Positions 52,269 through 61,369 of a stretch of 64,000 nt of DNA are shown here, piece by piece. A model generated the notes under the pieces. That model did no database searches. It was not told the DNA's origin and saw only the letters and a list, made by a program, of their open reading frames with translations. The DNA is from a virus. The stretch spans positions 1 to 64,000 of IMG/VR virus record IMGVR_UViG_3300027822_000001; one strand, given 5' to 3'. Position 1 is the stretch's first letter. Each line of letters begins with the position of its first letter. Both the position numbers and the translations under genes were made by a program.

Positions 52269-54533
52269 TTATCCACATTTGTCATAGCCGCATGATTTAC
52301 ATACTGTACAGCCATTTTCTATAACTAAGGGAGCTCCACACTTTGGGCACTCTTCATTAGTTTCTCTTACTCCAGTATACTGTCCTAAAACTCTTTTTAT
52401 AACATTTTCAAAAGTTCCTACAATCATTGTTACTTTATCAAAACTTTTTAATATATCTTTAACTTCTACTCCATTACTTAAAAGCGTAGAAATAAGTCTT
52501 GTAAATACTTCTTCAGTTCCAGAACTATAATGACTTATAATATCATTTATGATGAGTTCTGTGCTTATTAAGTTATATATAGATTGTTTATTACCCTTTA
52601 TTTTTTCTAATTTGGCATTTGTTATTTTCTTTAAAACTATTCCTTTAACTTTAAGTGCAAATAGTTCATAAGGTTTGTCATCAATCAAACCTACCAATAC
52701 TACCCAGTCTTTACCGTCGATTTTTACATTATGTACCTCACACATGAGAAGCGTAGGTCTATTCTTTGCGGTCGCCAAATCTGTACTGCCAAATTTCTTT
52801 AATATACCTTCCCTCGAGCCGTCACGATACAAGGTGAATCCCTTTAGTTTCTTATCATAAGCATACCTAACTAGCTTATGTACTTCTTCTAGAGGAAAGT
52901 TTCTCTTTACATTATGAGTAACACTTATTGATTGGTCTGTATGTTTTTGAAGAGTAGCTTGTAAATCTATTTTATCATAAACATCAATCTCTTCTGCTGT
53001 ATTTTTATAATATGGACTTTTATCTACATGTTCCATAGGATTATCATTATAGCCAGCAATCTTAGCCCACTCTAAGAAAGGTGGATGATAAGTCTCAAAC
53101 TCTACCCAACCTTCTCCATTTTTATCAGTCTTAAATATAGTATCTTCTGTTGTTGCTCTTCTTCTTCTCTTAAAATGAAGTGCAAAAGCAGGTTCCATAC
53201 CACTAGTTACTCCAGCTATCATACTTCCAGTACCAACAGGTGCTACTGTTAAAAATCCAATGTTAGCGGGAACTTTATTCTTATACTCAGAGCCTAATAC
53301 TTTTAAAGTATCTTTCATAAATTTATGATTCATGAAAGCTTTTCTATTTCTGGCTATCTTTAATATTGGAGCTTCAATATCTAAATCAAGTGATGTTTTA
53401 ATAACTTCTACTTTTATAATTCTTGAAATCTTATCTACTATATCTCTATTTCCATAAGATAAGTTTAAAGCAGCTAAGAAGTCTCCAATGCCTGTCTTTC
53501 CTATTCCTATTCTTCTTCCTTCTCTTAAGATAGCCTTTATTTTAGTCCATAATTCAGTCTCTACTCCAGGTTCGCTTACTTTCAATATTTTATCTAAATG
53601 TTTTAATTCTTCCTCTACCACTGTATTCATAAATTTAGTAAGAACTTCGGTATCTCTTTTTATTAAACCAACATCTATTCTAGCATTAGAAGTAAATTTA
53701 TTCTCTACATAAGAATACCAATTGAGATGAGCTAATAAACAACTTCCATAAGGATTAAGAGGTATTTCGCCACAAGGATTAGTTCCTGTTGTACTAAACT
53801 TGTGTACTTTCATAGCATCTATAGGGTTGTCAAGAACAGTATCCCAAAATAGCAATCCTGGTTCTGCATTCTTCCACATATTCATAATAGCTTTCTTTCT
53901 TAATGTGCTGTGTTCAGACAGAAAAAAATCTTCATCTACTTTTAATGATATGTTTGCTCCAGTTATACTAATAGTATCTGTCTTAGCATCTACAAAATGT
54001 GTTGCATCTTTATGTTTGTAGGAAAGAGCTAACATTAAAGCTCCTCTTCTACCCTCTTGTGACACTTCTAATGTTGTATTAGAGTATCTTTTCATAAAAG
54101 GAACTAGTCCAGTTGAGGTAGAAGCAGCATTATTTATAACGCTTCCTCTAGGCCTTATGTTATCTAAAGAAGTTCCTACTCCTCCTCGTCTCTTCATGAT
54201 ATCTACTAGCATATTATCAATTTTGCAAATGCTATCGTAGTTATCTTCTGGAGATGGAATTACATAGCAATTAGATAATGATGTTAGTAGGGCAGTCCCA
54301 TAAGAAGCTGTTATACTTCCACCAAGAACAACTCTTTTGTTTACAAGCATTGAATGTAAATGAGCTATATCATCCTCAGACATTATAGTATTCTTGTATC
54401 TTTTAACTTTTGCTGTTATTCTGTTAATTATATCTAAATAACTATTTTCTATATATTTACCATCCTTTTTCAAAGCATACTTTCCTCTTAATGTCTTTCC
54501 AAAGGCTTCTCCAAATTCTTGTTCAAATGTCAT
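52269..54533 (-). CDS. nrdJ: Class II (adenosylcobalamin-dependent) ribonucleotide reductase
   Basis: LSNCYV, GGVG, QEGRRGALM, ANIS, EPG, TNPCGE, R.IGIG, TVAPVGT, TSGMEP, DQSIS; C-terminal CPKCG...C..CG...CG. Confidence 0.92.
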   Translation of the reverse strand: MTFEQEFGEAFGKTLRGKYALKKDGKYIENSYLDIINRITAKVKRYKNTIMSEDDIAHLHSMLVNKRVVLGGSITASYGTALLTSLSNCYVIPSPEDNYDSICKIDNMLVDIMKRRGGVGTSLDNIRPRGSVINNAASTSTGLVPFMKRYSNTTLEVSQEGRRGALMLALSYKHKDATHFVDAKTDTISITGANISLKVDEDFFLSEHSTLRKKAIMNMWKNAEPGLLFWDTVLDNPIDAMKVHKFSTTGTNPCGEIPLNPYGSCLLAHLNWYSYVENKFTSNARIDVGLIKRDTEVLTKFMNTVVEEELKHLDKILKVSEPGVETELWTKIKAILREGRRIGIGKTGIGDFLAALNLSYGNRDIVDKISRIIKVEVIKTSLDLDIEAPILKIARNRKAFMNHKFMKDTLKVLGSEYKNKVPANIGFLTVAPVGTGSMIAGVTSGMEPAFALHFKRRRRATTEDTIFKTDKNGEGWVEFETYHPPFLEWAKIAGYNDNPMEHVDKSPYYKNTAEEIDVYDKIDLQATLQKHTDQSISVTHNVKRNFPLEEVHKLVRYAYDKKLKGFTLYRDGSREGILKKFGSTDLATAKNRPTLLMCEVHNVKIDGKDWVVLVGLIDDKPYELFALKVKGIVLKKITNAKLEKIKGNKQSIYNLISTELIINDIISHYSSGTEEVFTRLISTLLSNGVEVKDILKSFDKVTMIVGTFENVIKRVLGQYTGVRETNEECPKCGAPLVIENGCTVCKSCGYDKCG

Positions 54534-55225
54534 TTTTTATTAAATAATAAATAAGGTTTCTTATTAAGCTGAGTCATTTCAACAGCTTCTTCTACTTTAG
54601 ACATGTTCTTAGCCAGTATAAAATAATACTGTAAAAGCATAGCCTCATCATAAGAATCATCTAATCCATTATGCTTTTCAGAATAATCTAAAGTATTAAA
54701 AGCATATTTATAGAAAGCTTCAACTGTAGTCTTAACTTTTCCTGTTTTAGTTGTAAATCCATTCTTTCTACAAAAGCAGTCATAGCAAGGCTTTTGACTT
54801 TCTACTAAAGCTGCTAATATAGCAATATCTAAAACAGGCATTATTTTTCTTATAATGTGATTACTAAGAGGTTTTTTGGCATGAGTATACTTTGAAAAAG
54901 TATAGCTTAATGCTCTAACGTCAAAGTTTACATTAAAAGCAGAAAACATATCATAGTTATTAAAGAGTTCTTCTTTAAATATCTCTTTAAACTCAGAGAC
55001 AGTAACTACACGTGCTTTACCTTGTATAATTCTTTCTTCTAGTATATCTTTATTTTGATTATAAAAATAGGCTTTCTTGAACATTGGACTATTATATACA
55101 TCTGATATTATATAATCCTTACTTTTTATGTCTCCTGTTTCAGTATCTAAAATTGACAGTCCTGCTTCATATATGTCAGCATTCTTTAAATCTATTGTTT
55201 CAGTATCTATAACTAATATTCTCAT
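54530..55225 (-). CDS. DEDDh 3'-5' exonuclease
   Basis: VIDTET, AFNVNFD, EKHNGLDD. Confidence 0.85.
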   Translation of the reverse strand: MRILVIDTETIDLKNADIYEAGLSILDTETGDIKSKDYIISDVYNSPMFKKAYFYNQNKDILEERIIQGKARVVTVSEFKEIFKEELFNNYDMFSAFNVNFDVRALSYTFSKYTHAKKPLSNHIIRKIMPVLDIAILAALVESQKPCYDCFCRKNGFTTKTGKVKTTVEAFYKYAFNTLDYSEKHNGLDDSYDEAMLLQYYFILAKNMSKVEEAVEMTQLNKKPYLLFNKK

Positions 55226-55428
55226 ACTATTAAATTATAACTATCTCCAATACCTCTTAAAACTTTAGCAAGATGTAGTGCAAGATTAGCTTTACCCTCA
55301 TCACACATGCCTTCTAATATCTCCATTTGTTTATCTTTAGGGCAGTCTTCAAAAACAGTAAGTTGTCTTTTCTCTTCATCTTCAAATTTATAGAAGTAAA
55401 ATACTCCCGATAAGTTTCTCCTATGCAT
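55222..55428 (-). CDS. Small hypothetical protein
   Basis: RRNLSGVF...VFED pattern; coupled overlaps. Confidence 0.6.
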   Translation of the reverse strand: MHRRNLSGVFYFYKFEDEEKRQLTVFEDCPKDKQMEILEGMCDEGKANLALHLAKVLRGIGDSYNLIV

Positions 55429-56029
55429 ATAATTTATATTTGAAGTTATTAAAACTTTCTATACTTTTAAAACTCTTATATTTCTTTTCATCGTTTTCTA
55501 TATAAGATATTAAAAGCATGTGTCTATTATCTTTCGTATTATCTACTTTTGAGGATATATGAATCCAACTTGGATTATCAATATCTCCAAATTCCCATAT
55601 AAGTTGGTCAAAATCTAAGTTTTCAACAACAAAATAGAACATTTCAGAATTAGTTACTCTTCCATAAGTATCATCTATATCCATTGCCTCACACTTTACA
55701 TGTTGAGACCTATAAGAACCGCCAACTTTGATATTTAAAAATAGACATCTATACATGGAGTTTATCTTAATCATGACTCCAAAGTTATCTCTTATAGGCT
55801 CAAATAGGAGTAGTCCTAATTTTTTTAATTTAGTAAATTGAGCTTTTGAAGGGCGATTATCTATTCCTAACCTTTTAGCCTTATATGAGTAATAACATTC
55901 TTTTATAGATATGTGTGGTGTTAACATACCTTTTCTTAGCATTTTCTTTTCATTTAAATTGTTATATTGTTTATTATTAATTAGCATTATTAGTGCTTCC
56001 TCTAACGTTTTAGGCAACTTATCTTTCAT
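55421..56029 (-). CDS. Peptidase M15A-type endolysin
   Basis: INSMYRC..LN..VGG...SQH...AMDI, FDQLIWEF, WIHIS. The true start may be an internal Met. Confidence 0.85.
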   Translation of the reverse strand: MKDKLPKTLEEALIMLINNKQYNNLNEKKMLRKGMLTPHISIKECYYSYKAKRLGIDNRPSKAQFTKLKKLGLLLFEPIRDNFGVMIKINSMYRCLFLNIKVGGSYRSQHVKCEAMDIDDTYGRVTNSEMFYFVVENLDFDQLIWEFGDIDNPSWIHISSKVDNTKDNRHMLLISYIENDEKKYKSFKSIESFNNFKYKLYA

Positions 56030-56046
56030 TTTTCTGTATTTTTTAA

Positions 56047-56145
56047 AAAGTTAAAAATTCGTACTTTTTGTAAATTAAAAAAGCATCCTGATTTATAGTA
56101 GCGGGATAGCATCAAAAACCGGTAAAAGTCCAAAAAATCAACTTT
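56047..56145. promoter_or_regulatory. Pair of AAAGT-N11-ACTTT boxes (56047-56067, 56125-56145) flanking a terminator-like hairpin
   Basis: AAAGT TAAAAATTCGT ACTTT and AAAGT CCAAAAAATCA ACTTT. Between them (56077-56110) the minus strand reads GCtATCCCG...CAGGATGC-T6. Confidence 0.65.
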
Positions 56146-56166
56146 AAATAGAAAATTCGACAATTT

Positions 56167-56400
56167 TTAGTGCTTAAAAATAATTTCTGTATCAAATTTC
56201 CACCCTGTTTCTTGTTCTACTTCAACTAGCCATCTAGAAAGACGTAACTCTAAATTAATTAAATGTGTAGAAGTTTTATCTTTTATTGGAATATCTTTTG
56301 TAGCTTTTAACTTTATAGCAACAGTATAGTTCTTATTTTCTATCGGTTCTATATCTATTAACTTAGGTTGTTCCATCTGCAATTTTTTTAAAGTCTTCAA
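56167..56400 (-). CDS. Hypothetical protein
   Basis: Small ORF; start uncertain. Confidence 0.5.
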   Translation of the reverse strand: MKTLKKLQMEQPKLIDIEPIENKNYTVAIKLKATKDIPIKDKTSTHLINLELRLSRWLVEVEQETGWKFDTEIIFKH

Positions 56401-57073
56401 AAGCTTTTAATATTAAGTTCTCTTCTTCAACTGCTAAAATAGTAGCTCTTTTGAAAAACTTTAAAGCTAAATTGTAATTGCCATCACATATGTCTAAATA
56501 TTCTGTTTTAAATACTTTTTTATACCTTTCTATTCTCGCATACTTCTCTTTAACGAAATTAATTTTATCTTGAACTTCTGTAACTATTAAAGCTCTTTTT
56601 TTAGTATATTCATCATATACTTTTTTATTCTCTTTATATACGCTTAAATTTTTACTATAACTAGTAATTAAATGTTTTACTTTTTTATAAGCTTCTTTTT
56701 TTAAAACTTTAGTTTCTGTTATACTACTTAATTTTTCTTCATAATAGCTATCAGATTCAGTTACTATTTTAAGCTCTTCATTTTGACTAACGCCTGCCTT
56801 ATCTGCATTTTTTGTAAGAGTTAATATTTTCTCTAATTCTTCTTTATTTCTAAAATACATATAAGATAAAGAATAATTAGAATATAAAGTAGTTGTTTCT
56901 AAGTTGTTTAAAGCTGCTGGTTTAATTGGTTCAATTGGCTCATCTATTTTCTCTATTCCAGCTTTTAATTCTTTTATTTTTATAACTTTTTTTATTTCTT
57001 CTTCTGATAGTTTAAGTATAACTTCTTCTTTAAAAGAGTCGAAGTTAAATAAATCTAACTTCTTTTTAGTCAT
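56363..57073 (-). CDS. Hypothetical coiled-coil protein
   Basis: K/E-rich; C-terminal EYLDICDGN..LALKFF. Confidence 0.65.
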   Translation of the reverse strand: MTKKKLDLFNFDSFKEEVILKLSEEEIKKVIKIKELKAGIEKIDEPIEPIKPAALNNLETTTLYSNYSLSYMYFRNKEELEKILTLTKNADKAGVSQNEELKIVTESDSYYEEKLSSITETKVLKKEAYKKVKHLITSYSKNLSVYKENKKVYDEYTKKRALIVTEVQDKINFVKEKYARIERYKKVFKTEYLDICDGNYNLALKFFKRATILAVEEENLILKAFEDFKKIADGTT

Positions 57074-57642
57074 CGTTTCAATATTGTTATTTCTTCGGTA
57101 GTAGTTTCTCCACTACATTTATTAATTGTATTAACATGAGTTTCTTTATGTCCAAAAGGAAAGAAAGTTCTATTTCCTTTATTTCCAACCCTTTTCCACC
57201 AGTAAACACTAGCAGAACGGTAATCTACCATTAGTGTATCAAATGTTATGCTATCAGCAAGTACTAATCCACTTACATGTACACAACTATCTGGCTTATA
57301 ATTAAATCTTCTGATAGAATCTCCTGCCATTACTATAGTTGTGTCATAATCATATTTATAATGATTATTTATAACTCTAGTAACATTTTTTACTTTTATA
57401 TTATTTGCTTTAATTACCTCTTTGAGTAAGCTATCATTCTTTAAAACATACTGTCTAAATTCATCTTTAGATACTGTATAACTTTTATCATTAGTACTTT
57501 TTATAAGCTCAGTTATTGTATGCTCCATCTCCTTATTACTACTAAGTAATGTTGCAAATTTAGATAAAAACCCTACTATCATAAGTATTACAGCAATTAT
57601 AACTAATATAGTTACTAAATACTTTTCTATTTTATTAAACAT
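57070..57642 (-). CDS. Inner-membrane spanin-like protein
   Basis: N-terminal TM helix, IKVKNV, DTT-rich periplasmic part, WWKR...FF tail; close to the endolysin gene. Confidence 0.45.
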   Translation of the reverse strand: MFNKIEKYLVTILVIIAVILMIVGFLSKFATLLSSNKEMEHTITELIKSTNDKSYTVSKDEFRQYVLKNDSLLKEVIKANNIKVKNVTRVINNHYKYDYDTTIVMAGDSIRRFNYKPDSCVHVSGLVLADSITFDTLMVDYRSASVYWWKRVGNKGNRTFFPFGHKETHVNTINKCSGETTTEEITILKR

Positions 57643-57644
57643 AA

Positions 57645-57959
57645 TTAGAACTTAGGAGTGTATTTCTTTTTAATCTCTGCTTTTTTAGCTTCTACAAGTA
57701 CTTTAGTTTCAATTTCTTTTACTTCTTTTACTTGTATGTCATTACTACTTTCTTTAGCATAATTTAGCCACCATTCTTCTTTTTTGAAGTCTTGTTCAGC
57801 AGTAGTTCCATCTTTTAATCCTGCCCTCATTCTATAGAAAAAAGCTGTTATCTCTGCTGCAATTTTCAATGCTTCTTTTCCCCATATTCTCTTAGCCATC
57901 TCTGCAGATTCTACAGAATATTTATTATAGTGTGTTGGATGATTTACAAATGTACCCAT
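57645..57959 (-). CDS. DUF3310 family protein
   Basis: VNHPTHYN...Y.MRAG.K....QD.KK..W. Confidence 0.8.
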   Translation of the reverse strand: MGTFVNHPTHYNKYSVESAEMAKRIWGKEALKIAAEITAFFYRMRAGLKDGTTAEQDFKKEEWWLNYAKESSNDIQVKEVKEIETKVLVEAKKAEIKKKYTPKF

Positions 57960-57962
57960 ATT

Positions 57963-58358
57963 TTATATTGTTATTGTTTTTACTACTCTTGATTTTAATT
58001 TTTCATTTAAAGCTAGAATCATAGCTGGCTTTTCATATCCCCTTATAGACTTATTGTGTTCAAATATATTTATATCATCTTCTTTAAAATATACATAGCC
58101 GTTTTCTAAGTTTATTTTAGCTCTCAATATCGAAGATTTCATTTTTCTTCTTGTTTTTAGACTCTTTATATAAGATATGGCTTTAATATCAGTAGAGAAC
58201 GTTAATATTTCAAATTTTACCATGTAATAAGAACCACCATGCTCTTTTGTTGCTGTAAATCCTTTTAGAGGAGACCAAATTATTCTTTTTCTTTCTATAT
58301 AGTAATAAGGACTTTTTACAGTATCTTCTTGTTTTAATATTCTATATTTTGTTTTCAT
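57963..58358 (-). CDS. Hypothetical protein
   Basis: KYRI....YYIERK...W pattern. Confidence 0.6.
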   Translation of the reverse strand: MKTKYRILKQEDTVKSPYYYIERKRIIWSPLKGFTATKEHGGSYYMVKFEILTFSTDIKAISYIKSLKTRRKMKSSILRAKINLENGYVYFKEDDINIFEHNKSIRGYEKPAMILALNEKLKSRVVKTITI

Positions 58359-58773
58359 CTTTTAATTTTAATATTTTCTTCTTAATATATTTAAGAGAAT
58401 CTATTGAAGAATTTATTTTCTTAGCTTTTTTCTTATTTATTAACTTTAAAATCTTATAAATAATAGTATTCATATCTAATATTTGCATTTTTTGAGCAAT
58501 TATAGTTGCTTTGAAAAAATCAATATATCCATTTAAGATTAAAATATGCTTTGTTAATTTAACTAAGTTCTCATTTGTTCTTTCTATTTCCTGATTTAAT
58601 TCTTCTGTTTTATCACAATATTTTCGATTCTTTAATATTATATCTTTTACTATATCACCGTTAAATCTACTATTTGTAACTCTTCTAATATCTCTTAAAT
58701 AGCTTTCATACAATCTAATTTTAGCAATTGCATCACTCAGTTCATTTCTTAAATACTTTTTAGTTGCCATCAT
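58342..58773 (-). CDS. Hypothetical coiled-coil protein
   Basis: Operon ORF. Confidence 0.55.
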   Translation of the reverse strand: MMATKKYLRNELSDAIAKIRLYESYLRDIRRVTNSRFNGDIVKDIILKNRKYCDKTEELNQEIERTNENLVKLTKHILILNGYIDFFKATIIAQKMQILDMNTIIYKILKLINKKKAKKINSSIDSLKYIKKKILKLKDENKI

Positions 58774-59023
58774 TGTTTTCTTTTAAATATATTGATATTG
58801 CTGTTAACCATTGTCCTTCATTTCCAGTAATATGTGTTGCAATTAAATGGTACTTTCTTCCTGCTATTTCTTTCAATATCTTATGGATTTCTGAATGAAA
58901 TTCTGTAAAACCATAATCTTTCTCTAAGCTATTTATTAACCTTTCTGTATATTGCGTAAGACTTTCAATATCTTTGTCTCTTTCTCTAAAATAATCAAAT
59001 ATTAGTTTTTTATTAATCTTCAT
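58760..59023 (-). CDS. Hypothetical protein
   Basis: Operon ORF. Confidence 0.55.
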   Translation of the reverse strand: MKINKKLIFDYFRERDKDIESLTQYTERLINSLEKDYGFTEFHSEIHKILKEIAGRKYHLIATHITGNEGQWLTAISIYLKENNDGN

Positions 59024-59309
59024 TTTGTTGTTCTTCTAGAAATCTAGCATATAATTCAAGCATTTTTATGTGCTTTGTACTATCTTCTATAAATTCAAAT
59101 AAGTTTCTAAGTTCCATAGTTACATAATTAGCAGGCTCTTCTGCAAATTCGTTTGGAATTTTTTGCATGAGAAGTAATACTGTAATTTGAAGTTTAGTAT
59201 GTTCTATTGTTTGTAATTCACTTTCAATTTCGTCTTCCACTTCCCCTACTGTCTTATAAGTTTCTTTATTTAGAAATAAATCCATAGTGAAGTCTGTTCC
59301 CCATCCCAT
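59013..59309 (-). CDS. Hypothetical protein
   Basis: Acidic ORF beginning MGWGTDF. Confidence 0.6.
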   Translation of the reverse strand: MGWGTDFTMDLFLNKETYKTVGEVEDEIESELQTIEHTKLQITVLLLMQKIPNEFAEEPANYVTMELRNLFEFIEDSTKHIKMLELYARFLEEQQNED

Positions 59310-59315
59310 AATATG

Positions 59316-59696
59316 TTATTTAATATTGTTATTAATTTTTATTCCAGCCATTTCCTGTAAAGCTTCTATTCTTTCATCGTTATTGCTAAACCAATAAGCA
59401 CTTATTTCTGATTTATAATCTTTAAGCTCTGGAAATAATAACGTGGCATTATTATAACATATATTTAAATTGTATATAGATGAAGCTATAGAAGTTAAAG
59501 CTACACATAAACCCTCTTTAAGTTCAAAAGGAACACTATAATGTTTATACTGTAAAGTAAAATTAGCCTCTAACTCTTCAATTAGAGTTCTCTCAAATGC
59601 TCTTAGTATTGCTTTATAAATTTGAACTCTTACTCTTTTCTTTAAAAGCTTAACAGTCTGCCCAGAATTTATTAAAATAGACTTAGTTGTATACAT
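59316..59696 (-). CDS. Hypothetical protein, GxC...WF...ERI family (copy 1)
   Basis: GLC...FPEL...YWF...ERIEAL. Confidence 0.6.
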   Translation of the reverse strand: MYTTKSILINSGQTVKLLKKRVRVQIYKAILRAFERTLIEELEANFTLQYKHYSVPFELKEGLCVALTSIASSIYNLNICYNNATLLFPELKDYKSEISAYWFSNNDERIEALQEMAGIKINNNIK

Positions 59697-60136
59697 GTCT
59701 CTTTATTTTTATTGTTTTTATTATTATATATTTTTAATTTATCTTCTATTGATTTTTTAGCTTCTTTCTTATTAGCTAGATATTTTTCTAACTCTTTATT
59801 TAAATTATTAGCAATATAAAAGTCTTCTTTATAAAAGTTAGCTAAAAAAGTATCCCAGTAACCATAGCCACAATCTTTACACCCCCAAAATAAAGATTTA
59901 TCTAAAGGATGTCGTCTAGTATTACTTGAATCGCATATTGGACAAATTCCATTTCTATATTGATGAATTAGTTTCTCACAATCCATTCCAAGCACCCATA
60001 ACTTATCTTCTACAATAGTAGTTCCAGCATTTAATACCCAAAATAGTTGAAGGTCTTCTTTATCAGTTCTAGAAACAAAGTGCATACTATGAATATTATT
60101 TTTAGGTTTTTTTAGCTTAAGAGCTTTCTGTACCAT
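59672..60136 (-). CDS. Zinc-ribbon protein
   Basis: CPIC...CKDC. Confidence 0.6.
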   Translation of the reverse strand: MVQKALKLKKPKNNIHSMHFVSRTDKEDLQLFWVLNAGTTIVEDKLWVLGMDCEKLIHQYRNGICPICDSSNTRRHPLDKSLFWGCKDCGYGYWDTFLANFYKEDFYIANNLNKELEKYLANKKEAKKSIEDKLKIYNNKNNKNKETCIQLSLF

Positions 60137-60140
60137 TATA

Positions 60141-60410
60141 TTAGTTGTTAACTTTAGATGGATATTGTAAGAATTTAGTACTAAAAGCAGCTTTTATTTT
60201 AGTTCTTCCTAATAGTTTATAAGCAAGTACTCTATGTCTACCGTCTTTTATTTTATATCCTCCTTTAGATAATCTAGAAACCTTTATAGCTGGAGCTTCT
60301 TTACCTTGTCTTAAATAATCAATTAAACTAAGAGTAGTTGGATTTATTGGATACCTATCCATTTTTATTAATGAAATATCTATGTCAGCTTCTTGTCTTT
60401 TAGTACTCAT
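60141..60410 (-). CDS. Stand-alone ParB/sulfiredoxin N-terminal domain protein
   Basis: PAIKV.....YKIKDGRHRVLAYKLLG...I.A. Confidence 0.8.
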   Translation of the reverse strand: MSTKRQEADIDISLIKMDRYPINPTTLSLIDYLRQGKEAPAIKVSRLSKGGYKIKDGRHRVLAYKLLGRTKIKAAFSTKFLQYPSKVNN

Positions 60411-60421
60411 AACTTTATTAT

Positions 60422-60640
60422 TTAAATTAATTCTCTTCTTTTAATTTTAATGCCTTTAAAACTTAAGCCTTTATGCATTTCTTTAAGCATCCTAAGAGAA
60501 GCTCTAGTAGTCATCAAAACTGGTATTTCACCTCCAGCCCATGTATAACTAGTTTCATCCAGTTTAACAATATGAGCATACTTACCAAGAGTTTCTCTTC
60601 TGATATCTGTAAATTCTAAGACTTTAAAGATTTCTTTCAT
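60422..60640 (-). CDS. Small hypothetical protein
   Basis: Operon ORF. Confidence 0.55.
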   Translation of the reverse strand: MKEIFKVLEFTDIRRETLGKYAHIVKLDETSYTWAGGEIPVLMTTRASLRMLKEMHKGLSFKGIKIKRRELI

Positions 60641-60644
60641 ACTT

Positions 60645-61055
60645 TTAAATCAAGACTAAAGTTAATGCTTCTTGTAATCCTTTCTCTAAAGCTTTTTCAT
60701 ATGTTTTATAATATGAGGGAGCTTCATCTTTTGGATTTCTGCTTTCTTCTTCTTTAGTATATAATATCCAACAGGCAAAACTTATCTTAGTTTTTTCTAT
60801 ATTCCCCCAAAGTGCCTCTATTTCAATAATTAAATTATGTTTCTTTCTTAGCCACTTTTGTAACAACGCTTGAGTTGGAGCAGAATACTTAGAAGGGCAA
60901 CGATTAAAATAGTCATCAATTTCTCCTGCATCTAAATCTTCAGCATTGTCATGTAGAGTCTTACTCGGTAATGTATAATAGAATCTACATTCTTCATCAA
61001 ATTCCTTCCTTTTAGCTAATTCAGCTGTTTTATATGATATAATTTGCTCTTTCAT
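60645..61055 (-). CDS. Conserved Bacteroidota-phage hypothetical protein
   Basis: IS..TA.LAK.K.F...SAPTQ.LLQKWLR..H...TYEKALEKGL.EAL. Confidence 0.7.
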   Translation of the reverse strand: MKEQIISYKTAELAKRKEFDEECRFYYTLPSKTLHDNAEDLDAGEIDDYFNRCPSKYSAPTQALLQKWLRKKHNLIIEIEALWGNIEKTKISFACWILYTKEEESRNPKDEAPSYYKTYEKALEKGLQEALTLVLI

Positions 61056-61064
61056 TTTATTGAC

Positions 61065-61349
61065 TTATATGTTAATATTAAATTCTCCTTGTGTTAAAGA
61101 ATAGTTATCTGAATTCGGCATAATAGTACCACTTTCACAAGTAATCCAGAGATAGTTAGGATAGCTAGGAGGACTATATGGTTCTATAGTAATAGGATTT
61201 ATCCAATTTGTAATATATCCTACTTTAAGTGTAAATTCTTTCCATTTTGCACTAGGTAAAAGCGCTTCTAATTGTAATATGAGTGTATTAATATTTATCT
61301 ATTCTTCAAGTTCAATTGTTTTATTTACTGTATCTATTTTTATTTTCAT
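61065..61349 (-). pseudogene. 94-codon gene interrupted by an in-frame TAG (61299-61301); absent from the ORF track
   Basis: MKIKIDTVNKTIELEE*ININTLILQLEALLPSAKWKEF...WINPITIEPYSPPSYP...GEFNINI*; fills the gap between its neighbours. Confidence 0.75.
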
Positions 61350-61369
61350 AACTTATTTAGATTATGTTA

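Noticed and set aside
28392-54533. Inteins or group I introns in the RNAP, PolA, helicase or NrdJ genes
   Set aside because: No C/S...HN-C/S/T splice junctions, no LAGLIDADG/HNH ORFs, and the catalytic motifs are contiguous. The terminal Cys residues also lack a recognisable split-intein context.
19950-56166. CRISPR array, tRNA genes or invertible att/dif sites in the intergenic gaps
   Set aside because: No regularly spaced repeats, no cloverleaf recognised and no recombinase in the window; box cores differ too much for typical crossover sites.
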